Assembly (NCBI GenBank): GCA_049599475.1
Contig: JBMYOQ010000026.1
Span: 1-47,526 of the forward strand
DNA length: 47,526 nt
Direction of reading: 5' to 3'
Source: Opitutales bacterium
GTDB taxonomy: Bacteria > Verrucomicrobiota > Verrucomicrobiia > Opitutales > JABSRG01
The notes under the pieces are model-generated. The model ran no database searches, was not told the origin of the DNA, and worked only from the letters and a program-made list of their open reading frames with translations. This document shows, one piece after another, positions 9,800 to 19,248 of the stretch (positions are counted from its first letter, which is position 1; each line of letters opens with the position of its first letter). The translations under genes and the position numbers were made by a program.

Positions 9800-10354
9800 A
9801 TGGCATCCGAAAATAATCAGGAACAAGCCCACACACGGCAAAAGGCTCTCGTAAAGCTCTTACTTGAGCACCAACGCTCCATTTTTGCCTACATCTATAG
9901 CTTGGTGCCCAACAAATCCGATGCCGACGATATCCTCCAGGAAACCTGCCTCACCATTCACGAGAAATTCGACGATTTCCAGCTAGGGACGAATTTCCTG
10001 CTGTGGGCCAACCGGATCGCATACTGGAAAGTCCGCGAGCTTCGCCAAAAATTTGCCCGCTCCAAAGTCGTTTTTTCGGACGAAGTCTTCGAATTGGTGT
10101 CTCAGACGGCAGAATCGCTACACAAAGAGGATACCTTTCGACACGAGGCGCTGTCGGGCTGCCTAAAGAAACTGAAGCCCCGCGACCGCCAGATGATCCT
10201 GGCGCGATACGAAGACGATGGCGGCGTGGAAGCTGCAGCATCCATTTCGAATCGGACCGTCACCGCCACTTACAAAGCCTTAAATCGCATTCGTCAATCC
10301 CTTCACGAATGCGTCAACAAACAAGCACTGCTTGAAAGGAGCATGATCTCATGA
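9800..10354 (+). CDS. ECF sigma-70 factor (PVC-type)
   Basis: Region 2 (FAYIYSLV..DADDILQET..FLLWANRIA) and region 4 (ALSGCLKKL..YKALNRIRQSLHECV); ATGA overlap with the anti-sigma gene. Confidence 0.93.
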   Translation: MASENNQEQAHTRQKALVKLLLEHQRSIFAYIYSLVPNKSDADDILQETCLTIHEKFDDFQLGTNFLLWANRIAYWKVRELRQKFARSKVVFSDEVFELVSQTAESLHKEDTFRHEALSGCLKKLKPRDRQMILARYEDDGGVEAAASISNRTVTATYKALNRIRQSLHECVNKQALLERSMIS

Positions 10355-12033
10355 GTCAGATCGATCTCAAAGAATTATACAGACTGAGCGATGCTCTCCT
10401 GGATCGCACGATCACCGAAGACGAAAAAGATGTCTTGGAAAAGACGCTCGCAAAGAGCGAAACCGCGCGCCGGGCATACGTGCGCCATGTGAAACTCAAT
10501 CACAGCCTGGAGCACTATGCCTCAGAGTCCGATCTGGTATCCAGTGGAAGCGAAATTTGGGACCGTCCAGAAGGCAAAAATGTGATCGTCCAGTTCACCC
10601 AATCGAGCCTCAAATGGGCAGCGGCAATCATCATTGGCTTCATCGTAGCAATCGTGTCATCCAACCTAAATATATTCCAAGACGATGCCACCGCGCCCTT
10701 GGCCGGCAATGCCGAGGAGGAGTCTGTGGATCTCGGAGTTGCCGTGCTCATTCAATCTTTTGAGGCTGAATGGGGAGATGCCGCCCTTTCCTTCCAACCG
10801 GGAGATTCTATACCACCTGGACTCTTCCAGATGGATTCTGGCGTCGTCCAACTCGAGTTTTACAGCGGCGTCACCATGATCCTAGAAGGGAAAACCCAAC
10901 TCGACATCAAGTCTACAGATTTGGCCTTCTGCGAAACGGGCAAAATGGCAGTCAACGTGTCACCACATGCCACCGGCTTCGCGATCGAAACTGCGGATCG
11001 CACCTTCGTCGACTTGGGCACCCAATTCGGCTTGCGGGTGAATGAGGATCAAACCGAGCTGCACGTGTTCGATGGAGAGGTTGCCGTATATGAAGGTTCT
11101 CAGACAACTGGAGACCCTTACCTTACTCTGAAAACGGGCGAAGCCGCACAGTGGTCTTCTGAGGATAGCCATTTACCAATCGAGATAGCAAACGACGGCT
11201 TCTGGGACGTCAAGAGACTCGTTCAACAAGCTGACAACGTAACCTCTCAGCGATTCTGGGCATGGCAAGACATGGCAGAGAGTATAGAGGCGTCGCCGGA
11301 CATCATTGCATTTTTCCCATTCTACCAATCCGACCCATGGATACGCGAATTGGAATACGCCAGCGCAGTTAAGAGCAAAAAGAGCAAAAACAACCGCGGA
11401 GCTATCGTTGGCAGCCAATGGGAGGAAGGTCGCTGGCCCCTGAAGTCCGCATTGCGCTTCAATCGTCCTGGAGATCGCGTACGGTTCAATATTCGCGGAA
11501 AGTATGAGAGCATCACTTTCGCCACGTGGATCAAAGTCGAGAGCCTAAAAAATCACTACAACGGCCTATTCATGACAGATCACTTCTCGCCCGGTAATCC
11601 ACACTGGCAAATCCTCAAGGGCGGCAGAATCCAATTGGGAATAAAAACCCCTAAAGAATACAAGGAAGGGATTAGTCAATATGTAGCTGTATCCCCAAAA
11701 GTCATCACTCCTGAAATATACGGAAAGTGGATACACATCGCTTCCAGCTTCGATGGCAAGACAAGCAGCTTCCGCCATTATTTAAATGGAGCGCTTATCA
11801 AGGAAAGCGCCCCCCAAGAGCCTTCTGTCGTAAAACTGATTATTAATTCTGGAGAATTGGGCAACTGGGGCCTACCTCTAGGTCGAGTTACCCAGAGAGT
11901 CCGGAATTTTGATGGGGCGATGGATGAAATGGCGGTTTTCAAACGGGTGCTTACACCTGAGGAGGTTGCCGACCTTTACGAGATTGGCAGCCCCAATCAA
12001 CTGCCCGCCGCAACCTTGGCGGACATCAAGTAG
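10351..12033 (+). CDS. FecR-type anti-sigma factor with C-terminal LamG/concanavalin A-like domain
   Basis: N-terminal anti-sigma helices, a TM segment (WAAAIIIGFIVAIV), the FecR motif FVDLGTQFG..ELHVFDGEV and LamG motifs (TFATWIK, WIHIASSFD, YLNG, FDGAMDEMAVFKRVLT). Confidence 0.88.
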   Translation: MSQIDLKELYRLSDALLDRTITEDEKDVLEKTLAKSETARRAYVRHVKLNHSLEHYASESDLVSSGSEIWDRPEGKNVIVQFTQSSLKWAAAIIIGFIVAIVSSNLNIFQDDATAPLAGNAEEESVDLGVAVLIQSFEAEWGDAALSFQPGDSIPPGLFQMDSGVVQLEFYSGVTMILEGKTQLDIKSTDLAFCETGKMAVNVSPHATGFAIETADRTFVDLGTQFGLRVNEDQTELHVFDGEVAVYEGSQTTGDPYLTLKTGEAAQWSSEDSHLPIEIANDGFWDVKRLVQQADNVTSQRFWAWQDMAESIEASPDIIAFFPFYQSDPWIRELEYASAVKSKKSKNNRGAIVGSQWEEGRWPLKSALRFNRPGDRVRFNIRGKYESITFATWIKVESLKNHYNGLFMTDHFSPGNPHWQILKGGRIQLGIKTPKEYKEGISQYVAVSPKVITPEIYGKWIHIASSFDGKTSSFRHYLNGALIKESAPQEPSVVKLIINSGELGNWGLPLGRVTQRVRNFDGAMDEMAVFKRVLTPEEVADLYEIGSPNQLPAATLADIK

Positions 12034-12035
12034 CC

Positions 12036-12071
12036 AAAAAAAAACGCAGCCCATTCAGACTGCGTTTTTTT
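12036..12071. terminator. Bidirectional Rho-independent terminator
   Basis: A9-CGCAG..CTGCG-T7 between two convergent genes. Confidence 0.85.
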
Positions 12072-12095
12072 AAATGTTTAGACCGGCGGTCAGCT

Positions 12096-13127
12096 TTAAG
12101 CTGCGCCGAAGATAGTCTTACCTGTTGAGCAGAGATCATCACATGCCTGCTGCATACGAGCAGCCATGTTTTTTTCCGCTTTCTTAAGGTAGCTGCGTGG
12201 ATCGTAAGTCTTCTTGTTGCCGACCTCGCCATCGATCTTGAGCACACCTTCGATGTTTTCACCGATGTGCGTTACGATTGGGCGTGTGAAAGCGTATTGA
12301 GTGTCGGTATCGATGTTCATCTTGATCACACCGTATTCAAGTGTCTCACGGATGTCGCTGAGCTCTGAGCCAGAACCACCATGGAATACGAGGTCCATCT
12401 TAGCATCGTCACCGTATTTCTCGGTAACTGCAGCTTGACCATCACGGAGAATCGTTGGCTTAAGCTTTACTGCACCTGGCTTGTAAGCACCGTGGACGTT
12501 TCCAAATGTCGCCGCGAAGATGAACTTACCAATTGGGTTAAGCGCTTCATACACCTCCACCATGTCTTCCGGTGTTGTGTAAAGCTTCTCAGCTGGGAGG
12601 CCAGATGTGTCGTGACCGTCTTCCTCACCACCTACGCAGCCAGCTTCGACTTCGAGGATGATGTTGAGCTCGGCGCACTCCTTGAGGAGCTCCTTGGAAA
12701 TTTCCAAATTCTCTTCCAGTGAAACCACTGATCCGTCGAACATGTGCGACTGGAAGAGTGGACCTTGGCCACCAGCAATGCGCTGACGTGACGCTTCGAG
12801 GAGCGGCTTCAAGAAACCATCTACCTTCTCGGGGTGACAGTGGTCAGTGTGAAGAGCGACCAAGATGTCGTATTTTTCCGCGAGGCGGTGTGCCGCTTCA
12901 GCCAAAACGATTGCACCGAAAGCGGCGTCCTTCACATCCAAACCAGAGGCGAATTGACCGCCACCCGTAGATACTTGGATGATTCCGTCAGACTTAGCGT
13001 CTGCAAAAGCTTTTAGAGCCGCGTTGATTGTTGTGATAGAAGTTACGTTGACCGCTGGGTAGGCGTAGTTGCCCTTCTGGGCAGCATCCAGCATCTTCTC
13101 GTATTGTTCGGGCGTTGCTATAGGCAT
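12096..13127 (-). CDS. fbaA: Class II fructose-bisphosphate aldolase
   Basis: LHTDHC, SHMFDGS, GGEEDG, FGNVHGAYKPG, VFHGGSGS, KMNIDTD and YDPR motifs. Confidence 0.97.
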   Translation of the reverse strand: MPIATPEQYEKMLDAAQKGNYAYPAVNVTSITTINAALKAFADAKSDGIIQVSTGGGQFASGLDVKDAAFGAIVLAEAAHRLAEKYDILVALHTDHCHPEKVDGFLKPLLEASRQRIAGGQGPLFQSHMFDGSVVSLEENLEISKELLKECAELNIILEVEAGCVGGEEDGHDTSGLPAEKLYTTPEDMVEVYEALNPIGKFIFAATFGNVHGAYKPGAVKLKPTILRDGQAAVTEKYGDDAKMDLVFHGGSGSELSDIRETLEYGVIKMNIDTDTQYAFTRPIVTHIGENIEGVLKIDGEVGNKKTYDPRSYLKKAEKNMAARMQQACDDLCSTGKTIFGAA

Positions 13128-13405
13128 ATCTAATATACGTTTGGGTTTCCTACTCGCGGGAGCTTCAAGCTCAGCCGCTTTGATCGAAACGGGCTCGTGT
13201 CTAGGGGAATCAGTATCAGCCGTCTAGTCCAAATGCTCACTTTTCACATTAGTAACGCTGATTGGGAATTTTGGAATGCATTCAATTAGCTAACCTAATT
13301 ATACATTTTCCTAAAATTAGAAAAATCACCCTTAGCGCTAATGATTTCGCTTTTTCAAAAAGCCCTCAATTTAGAGTCAGTTTGGGCGAATTGCCATACC
13401 AGCAT

Positions 13406-14008
13406 ATGTCATCGCTCTCTCAACAGTCTGTCATTGTCGACCAGGAGCCCGTCACTTTCGAAGGGCCACCTCCAGCCGATATTCAACAGCTTTACCAACT
13501 CATTGATCAGGCCCTCACCGGGGCTGGTCGCCTTATCACGGCCATAGAGATCGACGGTGAGGACGCCTACGCCAATCCGGCGCGCCTCAATGTGCCCAAA
13601 TACAACAGCGTCAACATCACCTCGTCCGAGTGGCAGCCCGTTTGCCAAAAATCCATTCAGCAGCAATTACCCGCAGCCGAGGAAGCAGCCAATAGTCTCA
13701 TCGCCTACGGATCGGCAATGCTGGCAGTCCCCCTCGCCCATTCGCTCAGCGAGGTAAATACCGCAGCCGATAAAATGGGAGCACTCATCGCACCGATAGA
13801 AACCGCCCATCAATTTGCGGCTCAGTTTGCACCCGAGTGGGCAGACGCCTGCGAAGAGATCTACCAGAGCGCTAACGATGCATGCGAAACGTTCACGGAT
13901 GCTCTCAAAACACAAGATGTCGGCATCGCAGCCGAGAGCTTAGTCGTATCGCTTCCAGATGCCTTGAAAGCACTTAAAACCTTAACGGAAACCCCGTGGA
14001 ACGCCTAG
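13406..14008 (+). CDS. Hypothetical protein, probably co-transcribed with the Maf-like gene
   Basis: ORF from ATG 13406 (MSSLSQQSVIVDQEP..RLITAIEIDGE) with a helical C-terminal half; ends 3 bp before the next gene. Confidence 0.75.
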   Translation: MSSLSQQSVIVDQEPVTFEGPPPADIQQLYQLIDQALTGAGRLITAIEIDGEDAYANPARLNVPKYNSVNITSSEWQPVCQKSIQQQLPAAEEAANSLIAYGSAMLAVPLAHSLSEVNTAADKMGALIAPIETAHQFAAQFAPEWADACEEIYQSANDACETFTDALKTQDVGIAAESLVVSLPDALKALKTLTETPWNA

Positions 14009-14011
14009 AAA

Positions 14012-15856
14012 ATGAGTAGCATCTGGGACAAGAACCTATCCGCCCTAAAAGCCCGCTTTCCTGAAATGCACCAACGCACTCAGACCGCACCTTCGTCTTC
14101 AGCGGTTAAGTGGGAGTCAAGCGTGCTCATATACCAAGATTCTGAAAAGCGCCACCCCTACGGATCGAAGGAACCGAGCCGAGTGATAGACTCCTGGGCT
14201 AGACGTAACCCTCCGCTCCGCGATGATATTAATTGGCTCACCGGCTTCGGCGACGGCTTCCATGTCAGACAGATCCTTAAAAACATTTCCGAGATTGGTC
14301 GTGTATGTGTGACGGAATCGCGTATCGATGAATTCAGGACAGTATGCGAAAACAAAGACCTCACAGATATTTTCAATGACCCCCGCTTTCTGTTCAGCGG
14401 AGGCTCCTTAGATCAAGGCTGCTTTTCATGCCTGCAGGATGAAACATACAGGTCCGAAATGGAATGGAAGCACCTCCCATTCACACCACTTCAGAATCGC
14501 GATCCCAATTACTACGCAGACGCTAAAACACAATTTGGTAACGAGCTTTTCTTACGCAAAAATATATACCTGAATCGCAGTGATCACTCCGAAGGCTTCC
14601 TAGCGACACGGATCATCAATCAACCCTACACACTCGATGCTCCAGACCTTTCCGCACTAGAAGGCAAATTCTCCGACCTTCCCTTTATTCTCGTCGCAGC
14701 TGGCCCCTCACTCGACAAGTCGTACGATTTCCTCAAAAGAATACAGGACAAAGCCATCATTGCCTGCGGAAATTCCTCATACAGCGCCCTAATGGCCAAT
14801 GGCATCACTCCTCACATCACTGTCGCTGTGGATTTTCGTGGCGATACCGACAAGGGCTATCGCAAACACCCAACAGACAAACCCTTTCTCTTCTGCTCTT
14901 CTTACGTCGCCCCCGCGGTACTTCCCCGCTTCGCCGGTCGAACTTTTGCTTGGGCAAGCGAAAATGACCCTCTCGATCTAGTCCGCCAACGACTCGGCCA
15001 CCCTAAGCGAGTTCAAATTATAGGTGAAGGTACCCTCACGACTTCAATGATCCAAATTGCATCCATACTCGGATGCCAAAAAGTCTGCCTCGTCGCACAA
15101 GATCTCGGTTATCCAGCCAGTGGTCAAACGCATACAAGCGAGAGTTTCTATGCAGAGGAGGAACGCAACTCCGTCGAGATCGGCGACTGCGACACAGTAC
15201 CGGGCAATACGACTCCACACGTCTACCAAGACGGCCACATGCGACTCTACCAACGCGCCGTGGAGAACCGCATCGAGACGTTATCGCATCTCGAAGTCAT
15301 CAACACCTCAGTCGATGGCGCAAAGATCAAGGGAACCCTGTATTTGAATTTTGATGACGCAACACAATGGGTCGGCAGTTCAGACTCTTCCAACGTGTTC
15401 GACACCCTTGCAGATTCATGCAAAGTACCCGACGACATCGACTCCGCCGCAGCTCGTTTCGACATCGGCACAGGGCCTACTGAGAAATATGCGCAGAAGG
15501 TACTCGACACAGCCCTGGACCTTGCGCTCAGCATCGAAGCGCTTCCCGAGACATTCGAGCGCGCAAATTATTTTAAGAACAAGAACGTTCAAAATTGTAT
15601 CCATAAATCCGAAACACTGAATCAGCTCGCCACACGGCACCCCCTCGACCACGGAACGGTCGCCGAAGGTCGAGCACGCCCCCTCTTGCTTGAATTCTCC
15701 GAACTCCAGAAGCAAACACTCTCCAGCTCTCAACACGGCGACATCTTGCTAAAAAACAAGGAATTCGCCTGGGCCTTAGCCGAAGGCGCCTTCTTCGTCT
15801 TGAATACAATTCGAGAAACTCGAAAGAAATTCCAGAAGCTGAGCGTGGCAAAATAG
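14012..15856 (+). CDS. Motility-associated factor (Maf/DUF115/MptE-like) glycosyltransferase family protein
   Basis: GFGDGFH N-terminal motif; central LVAAGPSLDK, IIAC, PHITVAVD, LGCQKVCLVAQDLGY and INTSVDGAKIKG. Confidence 0.85.
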   Translation: MSSIWDKNLSALKARFPEMHQRTQTAPSSSAVKWESSVLIYQDSEKRHPYGSKEPSRVIDSWARRNPPLRDDINWLTGFGDGFHVRQILKNISEIGRVCVTESRIDEFRTVCENKDLTDIFNDPRFLFSGGSLDQGCFSCLQDETYRSEMEWKHLPFTPLQNRDPNYYADAKTQFGNELFLRKNIYLNRSDHSEGFLATRIINQPYTLDAPDLSALEGKFSDLPFILVAAGPSLDKSYDFLKRIQDKAIIACGNSSYSALMANGITPHITVAVDFRGDTDKGYRKHPTDKPFLFCSSYVAPAVLPRFAGRTFAWASENDPLDLVRQRLGHPKRVQIIGEGTLTTSMIQIASILGCQKVCLVAQDLGYPASGQTHTSESFYAEEERNSVEIGDCDTVPGNTTPHVYQDGHMRLYQRAVENRIETLSHLEVINTSVDGAKIKGTLYLNFDDATQWVGSSDSSNVFDTLADSCKVPDDIDSAAARFDIGTGPTEKYAQKVLDTALDLALSIEALPETFERANYFKNKNVQNCIHKSETLNQLATRHPLDHGTVAEGRARPLLLEFSELQKQTLSSSQHGDILLKNKEFAWALAEGAFFVLNTIRETRKKFQKLSVAK

Positions 15857-15857
15857 A

Positions 15858-16403
15858 GTGAACCCCCGCTTCAAGTTCTATGGCATCGTATTGGTGACCT
15901 TTGCGATTTGGCATTCACCCTTCAGGTGGTATGTCATTCCACCCGACATCCAGCTCGATAAGTATTCGTTTACCAAGATGGAACCCTTTGAAATGGAGGC
16001 CCGCATCCTTTCTCGAAAAAATTACCACTGGGGAAAAGAAGCAGACCTCTCGCCCGTCGATTTGGCGCTGGGCTGGGGGCGTATGTCCGATCCTAAAATT
16101 GCCGAACAAATCGATGTAAGTCAGGCAAAGCGCTGGTATAAATGGCGCGTCAGGGATTACCCGCCCATTCCCATGAGGGAAATTCAAACGCACAGTGCCA
16201 ACATGCACATGATTCCAGCAAACGACGAAGCGCTGAAATCACTCATACGACTCAAGAAGGGCATGGATATAAAACTTTCCGGACACCTCGTGTGGGTATC
16301 TGGTGAAAAAGGATGGAAATGGCAAAGTTCACTCACTCGCGAAGACACAGGTGATGGCGCCTGCGAAATAGTGCTCGTGGAATCCATCTCACAGATCGAA
16401 TAA
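15858..16403 (+). CDS. Conserved hypothetical exported protein
   Basis: N-terminal hydrophobic stretch; motifs LSPVDLALGWGRMSD, SANMHMIPA and WQSSLTREDTGDGACE. Confidence 0.8.
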   Translation: MNPRFKFYGIVLVTFAIWHSPFRWYVIPPDIQLDKYSFTKMEPFEMEARILSRKNYHWGKEADLSPVDLALGWGRMSDPKIAEQIDVSQAKRWYKWRVRDYPPIPMREIQTHSANMHMIPANDEALKSLIRLKKGMDIKLSGHLVWVSGEKGWKWQSSLTREDTGDGACEIVLVESISQIE

Positions 16404-16703
16404 TAATTTTCTGAAATTTGGGCATCCGCCTACCACATGGATATAATCTCCGAATTGCATTGAGGGGTGCTTCACAAACAACCTTACTTGAATTTTGACC
16501 CTAATGTATCCACTTTTAATTACACTCTATGTAGATTTAAAAAATTGGTTAATTATTTCCCTATATCCAATTGTTTTGATTATGTAAAAAGAGAACCAAA
16601 CAGGTCCTTCTAGGGTAAAAATATTGACTACGGCTTTTTCTCATCCGTTACTCCGCACAAGCGCCCCCTCAGCCCCAGTAAATACCCCTAACATACAAAC
16701 CCC

Positions 16704-18170
16704 ATGCGCCTCAATATCTTCGGCCTCTCGCTGGACGCCGGTAAAGGTTCTACGTACCTAAAACGAACGTCGTGTATGCTGCTATGCGTGCCGAGCGTAC
16801 TTACGGCAACGACCGTCACGACGAACATTGTCAGCGTCTTCGGAGCGGATGCTCCGTATGCATCCACGTTTGACTCAATGACCGACGGTTCTTTCGAACC
16901 CCAGAAGGAATCCACATGGTATACCAATGGTGATGCCGTCATATCGGCCGGTCGGCTCGAACTTAATGGCCCCGCCACGATGATAAACTTGACCTCGGAG
17001 AACACCTCTCTCTGGAGCGAGGTCAACATAACGCCAAATCCATTTCCACTCGGAGAGACACCCGAACTGGCTCCCGAAGCAGTTGCCGCCTTTTTCTTCA
17101 ACACGGAAGGCGATTTCCAAGTCCTCGATGGGAGCACATGGATCACCGCAACCACTGTTCCGGTCGGGCAGATCAATACGGAACACCGGATCACCACAGT
17201 CGTCGACTATGAAGCGCGCACTTATAGCGTCTGGCTCAATGGCGTCCGCGTTGCCCAAAACGCAGCATTTACGCAGCCGGGCAATGCGACACCACTCCAA
17301 ATCCGCTTTGATGGCGACGGGACAGTGTCTTCCCTGTTCCTATCCACAGGCGAACCGCAGGCCCTCGACAATGACGGAGACGGCATGATTAACAGCTGGG
17401 AAATCGCTCAGGGCATCGACCCTGAAGTGTCCACAGGAAACGACGGCTCAAGCGGAAACCCAGACGGAGACAGCTTTACCAACCTGGAAGAATATCAGTA
17501 TGACCTCACCGCCCTTTCCTACGAAACTCGAGTCGACGGCGGCGCAGATGCTGTATTAACTTTCGAAACCGAAGAAGGCTGGGTGACCGGCGATCTAAAC
17601 AACCAATTCGGCTGGCTAGCCAACAGCTCTGCGATCTTACAAGAACCTTCGATCTTCACCACTCAAGGTGATACTGGAGTCGAAGTCCTTCCTGAATTCA
17701 GCTACGCAGATGCGGCATTCGCAAATATCGATTCTTCACAGCAGAACATTCGAATGACCCTAGACCTTGCGCCCATGGCCTACAGCAACGATGCAGAGGT
17801 CCCCTTACCGGATACAGCTTCTCGCTTGGCCTTCTTCATTCGCGAAGATGCCAGCATCCACGCAACAGACGGCACATCGGGCACCGATCCTCTATGGAGC
17901 AATACGGGAACCATTCCACAGATTGATGTTGCGAGCTGGAATCGCGTCGAACTCCATATCGACTACCTCACTGAGAAATATTCTCTGCGCATCATCAACC
18001 CGGCGGATCCAACAGACTTTTCAGCAACCTATGGCCCGTTCAGTCTATTGCCCGGTTCTGAAACCTCAGTGGATCATGTCATGCAATTAACGATCAGCAA
18101 CGAAGCCGTGTCCGGAGAGACTTACTTCGACAATGTTCGCGTCGCTGCCACAGCAGATTCGGTAAACTAA
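16704..18170 (+). CDS. Acidic extracellular protein: two concanavalin/LamG-like beta domains around DxDGD calcium-binding motifs
   Basis: VDYEARTYSVWLNG and IDYLTEKYSLRI repeats, DNDGDGMINSWE, NPDGDSFTNLEEY and a terminal YFDNVRV. Start codon uncertain. Confidence 0.7.
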   Translation: MRLNIFGLSLDAGKGSTYLKRTSCMLLCVPSVLTATTVTTNIVSVFGADAPYASTFDSMTDGSFEPQKESTWYTNGDAVISAGRLELNGPATMINLTSENTSLWSEVNITPNPFPLGETPELAPEAVAAFFFNTEGDFQVLDGSTWITATTVPVGQINTEHRITTVVDYEARTYSVWLNGVRVAQNAAFTQPGNATPLQIRFDGDGTVSSLFLSTGEPQALDNDGDGMINSWEIAQGIDPEVSTGNDGSSGNPDGDSFTNLEEYQYDLTALSYETRVDGGADAVLTFETEEGWVTGDLNNQFGWLANSSAILQEPSIFTTQGDTGVEVLPEFSYADAAFANIDSSQQNIRMTLDLAPMAYSNDAEVPLPDTASRLAFFIREDASIHATDGTSGTDPLWSNTGTIPQIDVASWNRVELHIDYLTEKYSLRIINPADPTDFSATYGPFSLLPGSETSVDHVMQLTISNEAVSGETYFDNVRVAATADSVN

Positions 18171-18209
18171 ATAGCCTCATTCAATTATTACTTTAAAAAC
18201 GAAACCATC

Positions 18210-18380
18210 ATGAAAAAGTTATCCTACCTATTCCTCGCAAGCGTGACCATCATCACTCCGCTTGCTGCCGCTGAACCCGCAAACGGAACCCTTATCCAAA
18301 TAAGCTCCGTATCCATTTTTTCATTAATCGTCTCACTTTACTGCACGCGTAAAGCCGCAAAAGGCGAAATCCAGTCATAA
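18210..18380 (+). CDS. Small 56-aa membrane/secreted protein (below the ORF-track cutoff)
   Basis: MKKLSYLFLASVTIITPLAAA|EPANGTLIQISSVSIFSLIVSLYCTRKAAKGEIQS*: a signal peptide, a second hydrophobic helix and a basic tail, followed by a terminator. Confidence 0.7.
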   Translation: MKKLSYLFLASVTIITPLAAAEPANGTLIQISSVSIFSLIVSLYCTRKAAKGEIQS

Positions 18381-18435
18381 AGCGCACTGGTTATAAAATT
18401 TCTCGAATTGGGTTTCGAGAATCCCCCTCAAAAAT

Positions 18436-18464
18436 GGGCCGTCCATTCCAGGACGGCCCTTTTT
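18436..18464 (+). terminator. Rho-independent terminator
   Basis: GGGCCGTCC-ATTCCA-GGACGGCCC-TTTTT. Confidence 0.88.
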
Positions 18465-18537
18465 GATATATGCATACCTCAGTAAATAGAACTTGATTTG
18501 AGATGCTAGCGATTCAAAGAAAATGGGATATTAAGGG

Positions 18538-18641
18538 CTCATGCCCGCTACGCTCAAGGCCCCAAGACCCAAAGCTTATGCTCGGTAATACAAATTTAGA
18601 TCCGCTAGGTATTCCTTGGGGTCTTCGGGTCTTGGCGTGAG
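18538..18641. repeat. Hairpin repeat R1
   Basis: Left arm CTCATGCC..AAGGCCCCAAGACCCAAAG and right arm CCTTGGGGTCTTCGGGTCTTGGCGTGAG are imperfect reverse complements; homologous to R2 and R3. Confidence 0.92.
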
Positions 18642-18684
18642 TCCAACCGAAATCCGGATAAGACTAGCGCGTATAACATTCACT

Positions 18685-19095
18685 ATGGATGAAAATACAA
18701 TCGGCAAAGAAGTAGTGGATGCAGCCATAAAGACTCACCAGTCATTGGGACCCGGTTTACTTGAATCCGTTTATGAAGTCGTTCTAGCTAGAGAATTGCA
18801 ACGGCGCGGCATGACAATTGAAAGACAGCAACCGGTTTCAATCGAGTTTGATGGCGTCATTTTCGATGAAGGTTTCCGCGCCGACATCATAGTAAACAAG
18901 AAAGTTATTCTAGAGCTAAAATCAGTCGAACAATTGAGCAAGGTGCACCACAAACAGCTCTTTATATACTTAAAGTTGAAGAAATTAAAGTTGGGATTTC
19001 TCCTAAACTTTGGTGCTCCGCTTATGAAGGACGGAATCAAAAGAATGGTCAATGGACTCGATGACGAAAAACTCGGCGTCTTTGGGCCTCAATAA
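18685..19095 (+). CDS. GxxExxY protein (PD-(D/E)XK nuclease superfamily)
   Basis: Signature LGPGLLESVYE, plus FRADIIV, ILELKSV, HHKQLFIYL and GFLLNF. 136 aa from ATG 18685. Confidence 0.93.
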   Translation: MDENTIGKEVVDAAIKTHQSLGPGLLESVYEVVLARELQRRGMTIERQQPVSIEFDGVIFDEGFRADIIVNKKVILELKSVEQLSKVHHKQLFIYLKLKKLKLGFLLNFGAPLMKDGIKRMVNGLDDEKLGVFGPQ

Positions 19096-19118
19096 AAAAT
19101 GCGTAACTGGATTAAGGA

Positions 19119-19205
19119 CTCACGCACGCAGCGCTCAAGACCCAAAGCTCATGCTCAGCAATACAAGCTTAGATTCAATAGGTATTTCTTGGGGTCTTGG
19201 CGTGA
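19119..19205. repeat. Hairpin repeat R2
   Basis: CTCACGCACGCAGCGCTCAAGACCCAAAG ... TTCTTGGGGTCTTGGCGTGA; lacks one 8-nt unit in each arm relative to R1. Confidence 0.92.
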
Positions 19206-19248
19206 ATCCATTCAAAATCCGGATAAGCCGAGGAGTATAACATTCAAT

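Noticed and set aside
13366..13392. Possible sigma-28 promoter TCAA-N15-GGCGAATT before the Maf unit
   Set aside because: Only 4 of 8 matches in the -10 element; too weak to call despite the attractive context.
18616..18684. N-terminal extension of the GxxExxY ORF from TTG 18616
   Set aside because: It runs through hairpin R1. The family-typical start MDEN and the conserved start in the remnant copy both point to ATG 18685.
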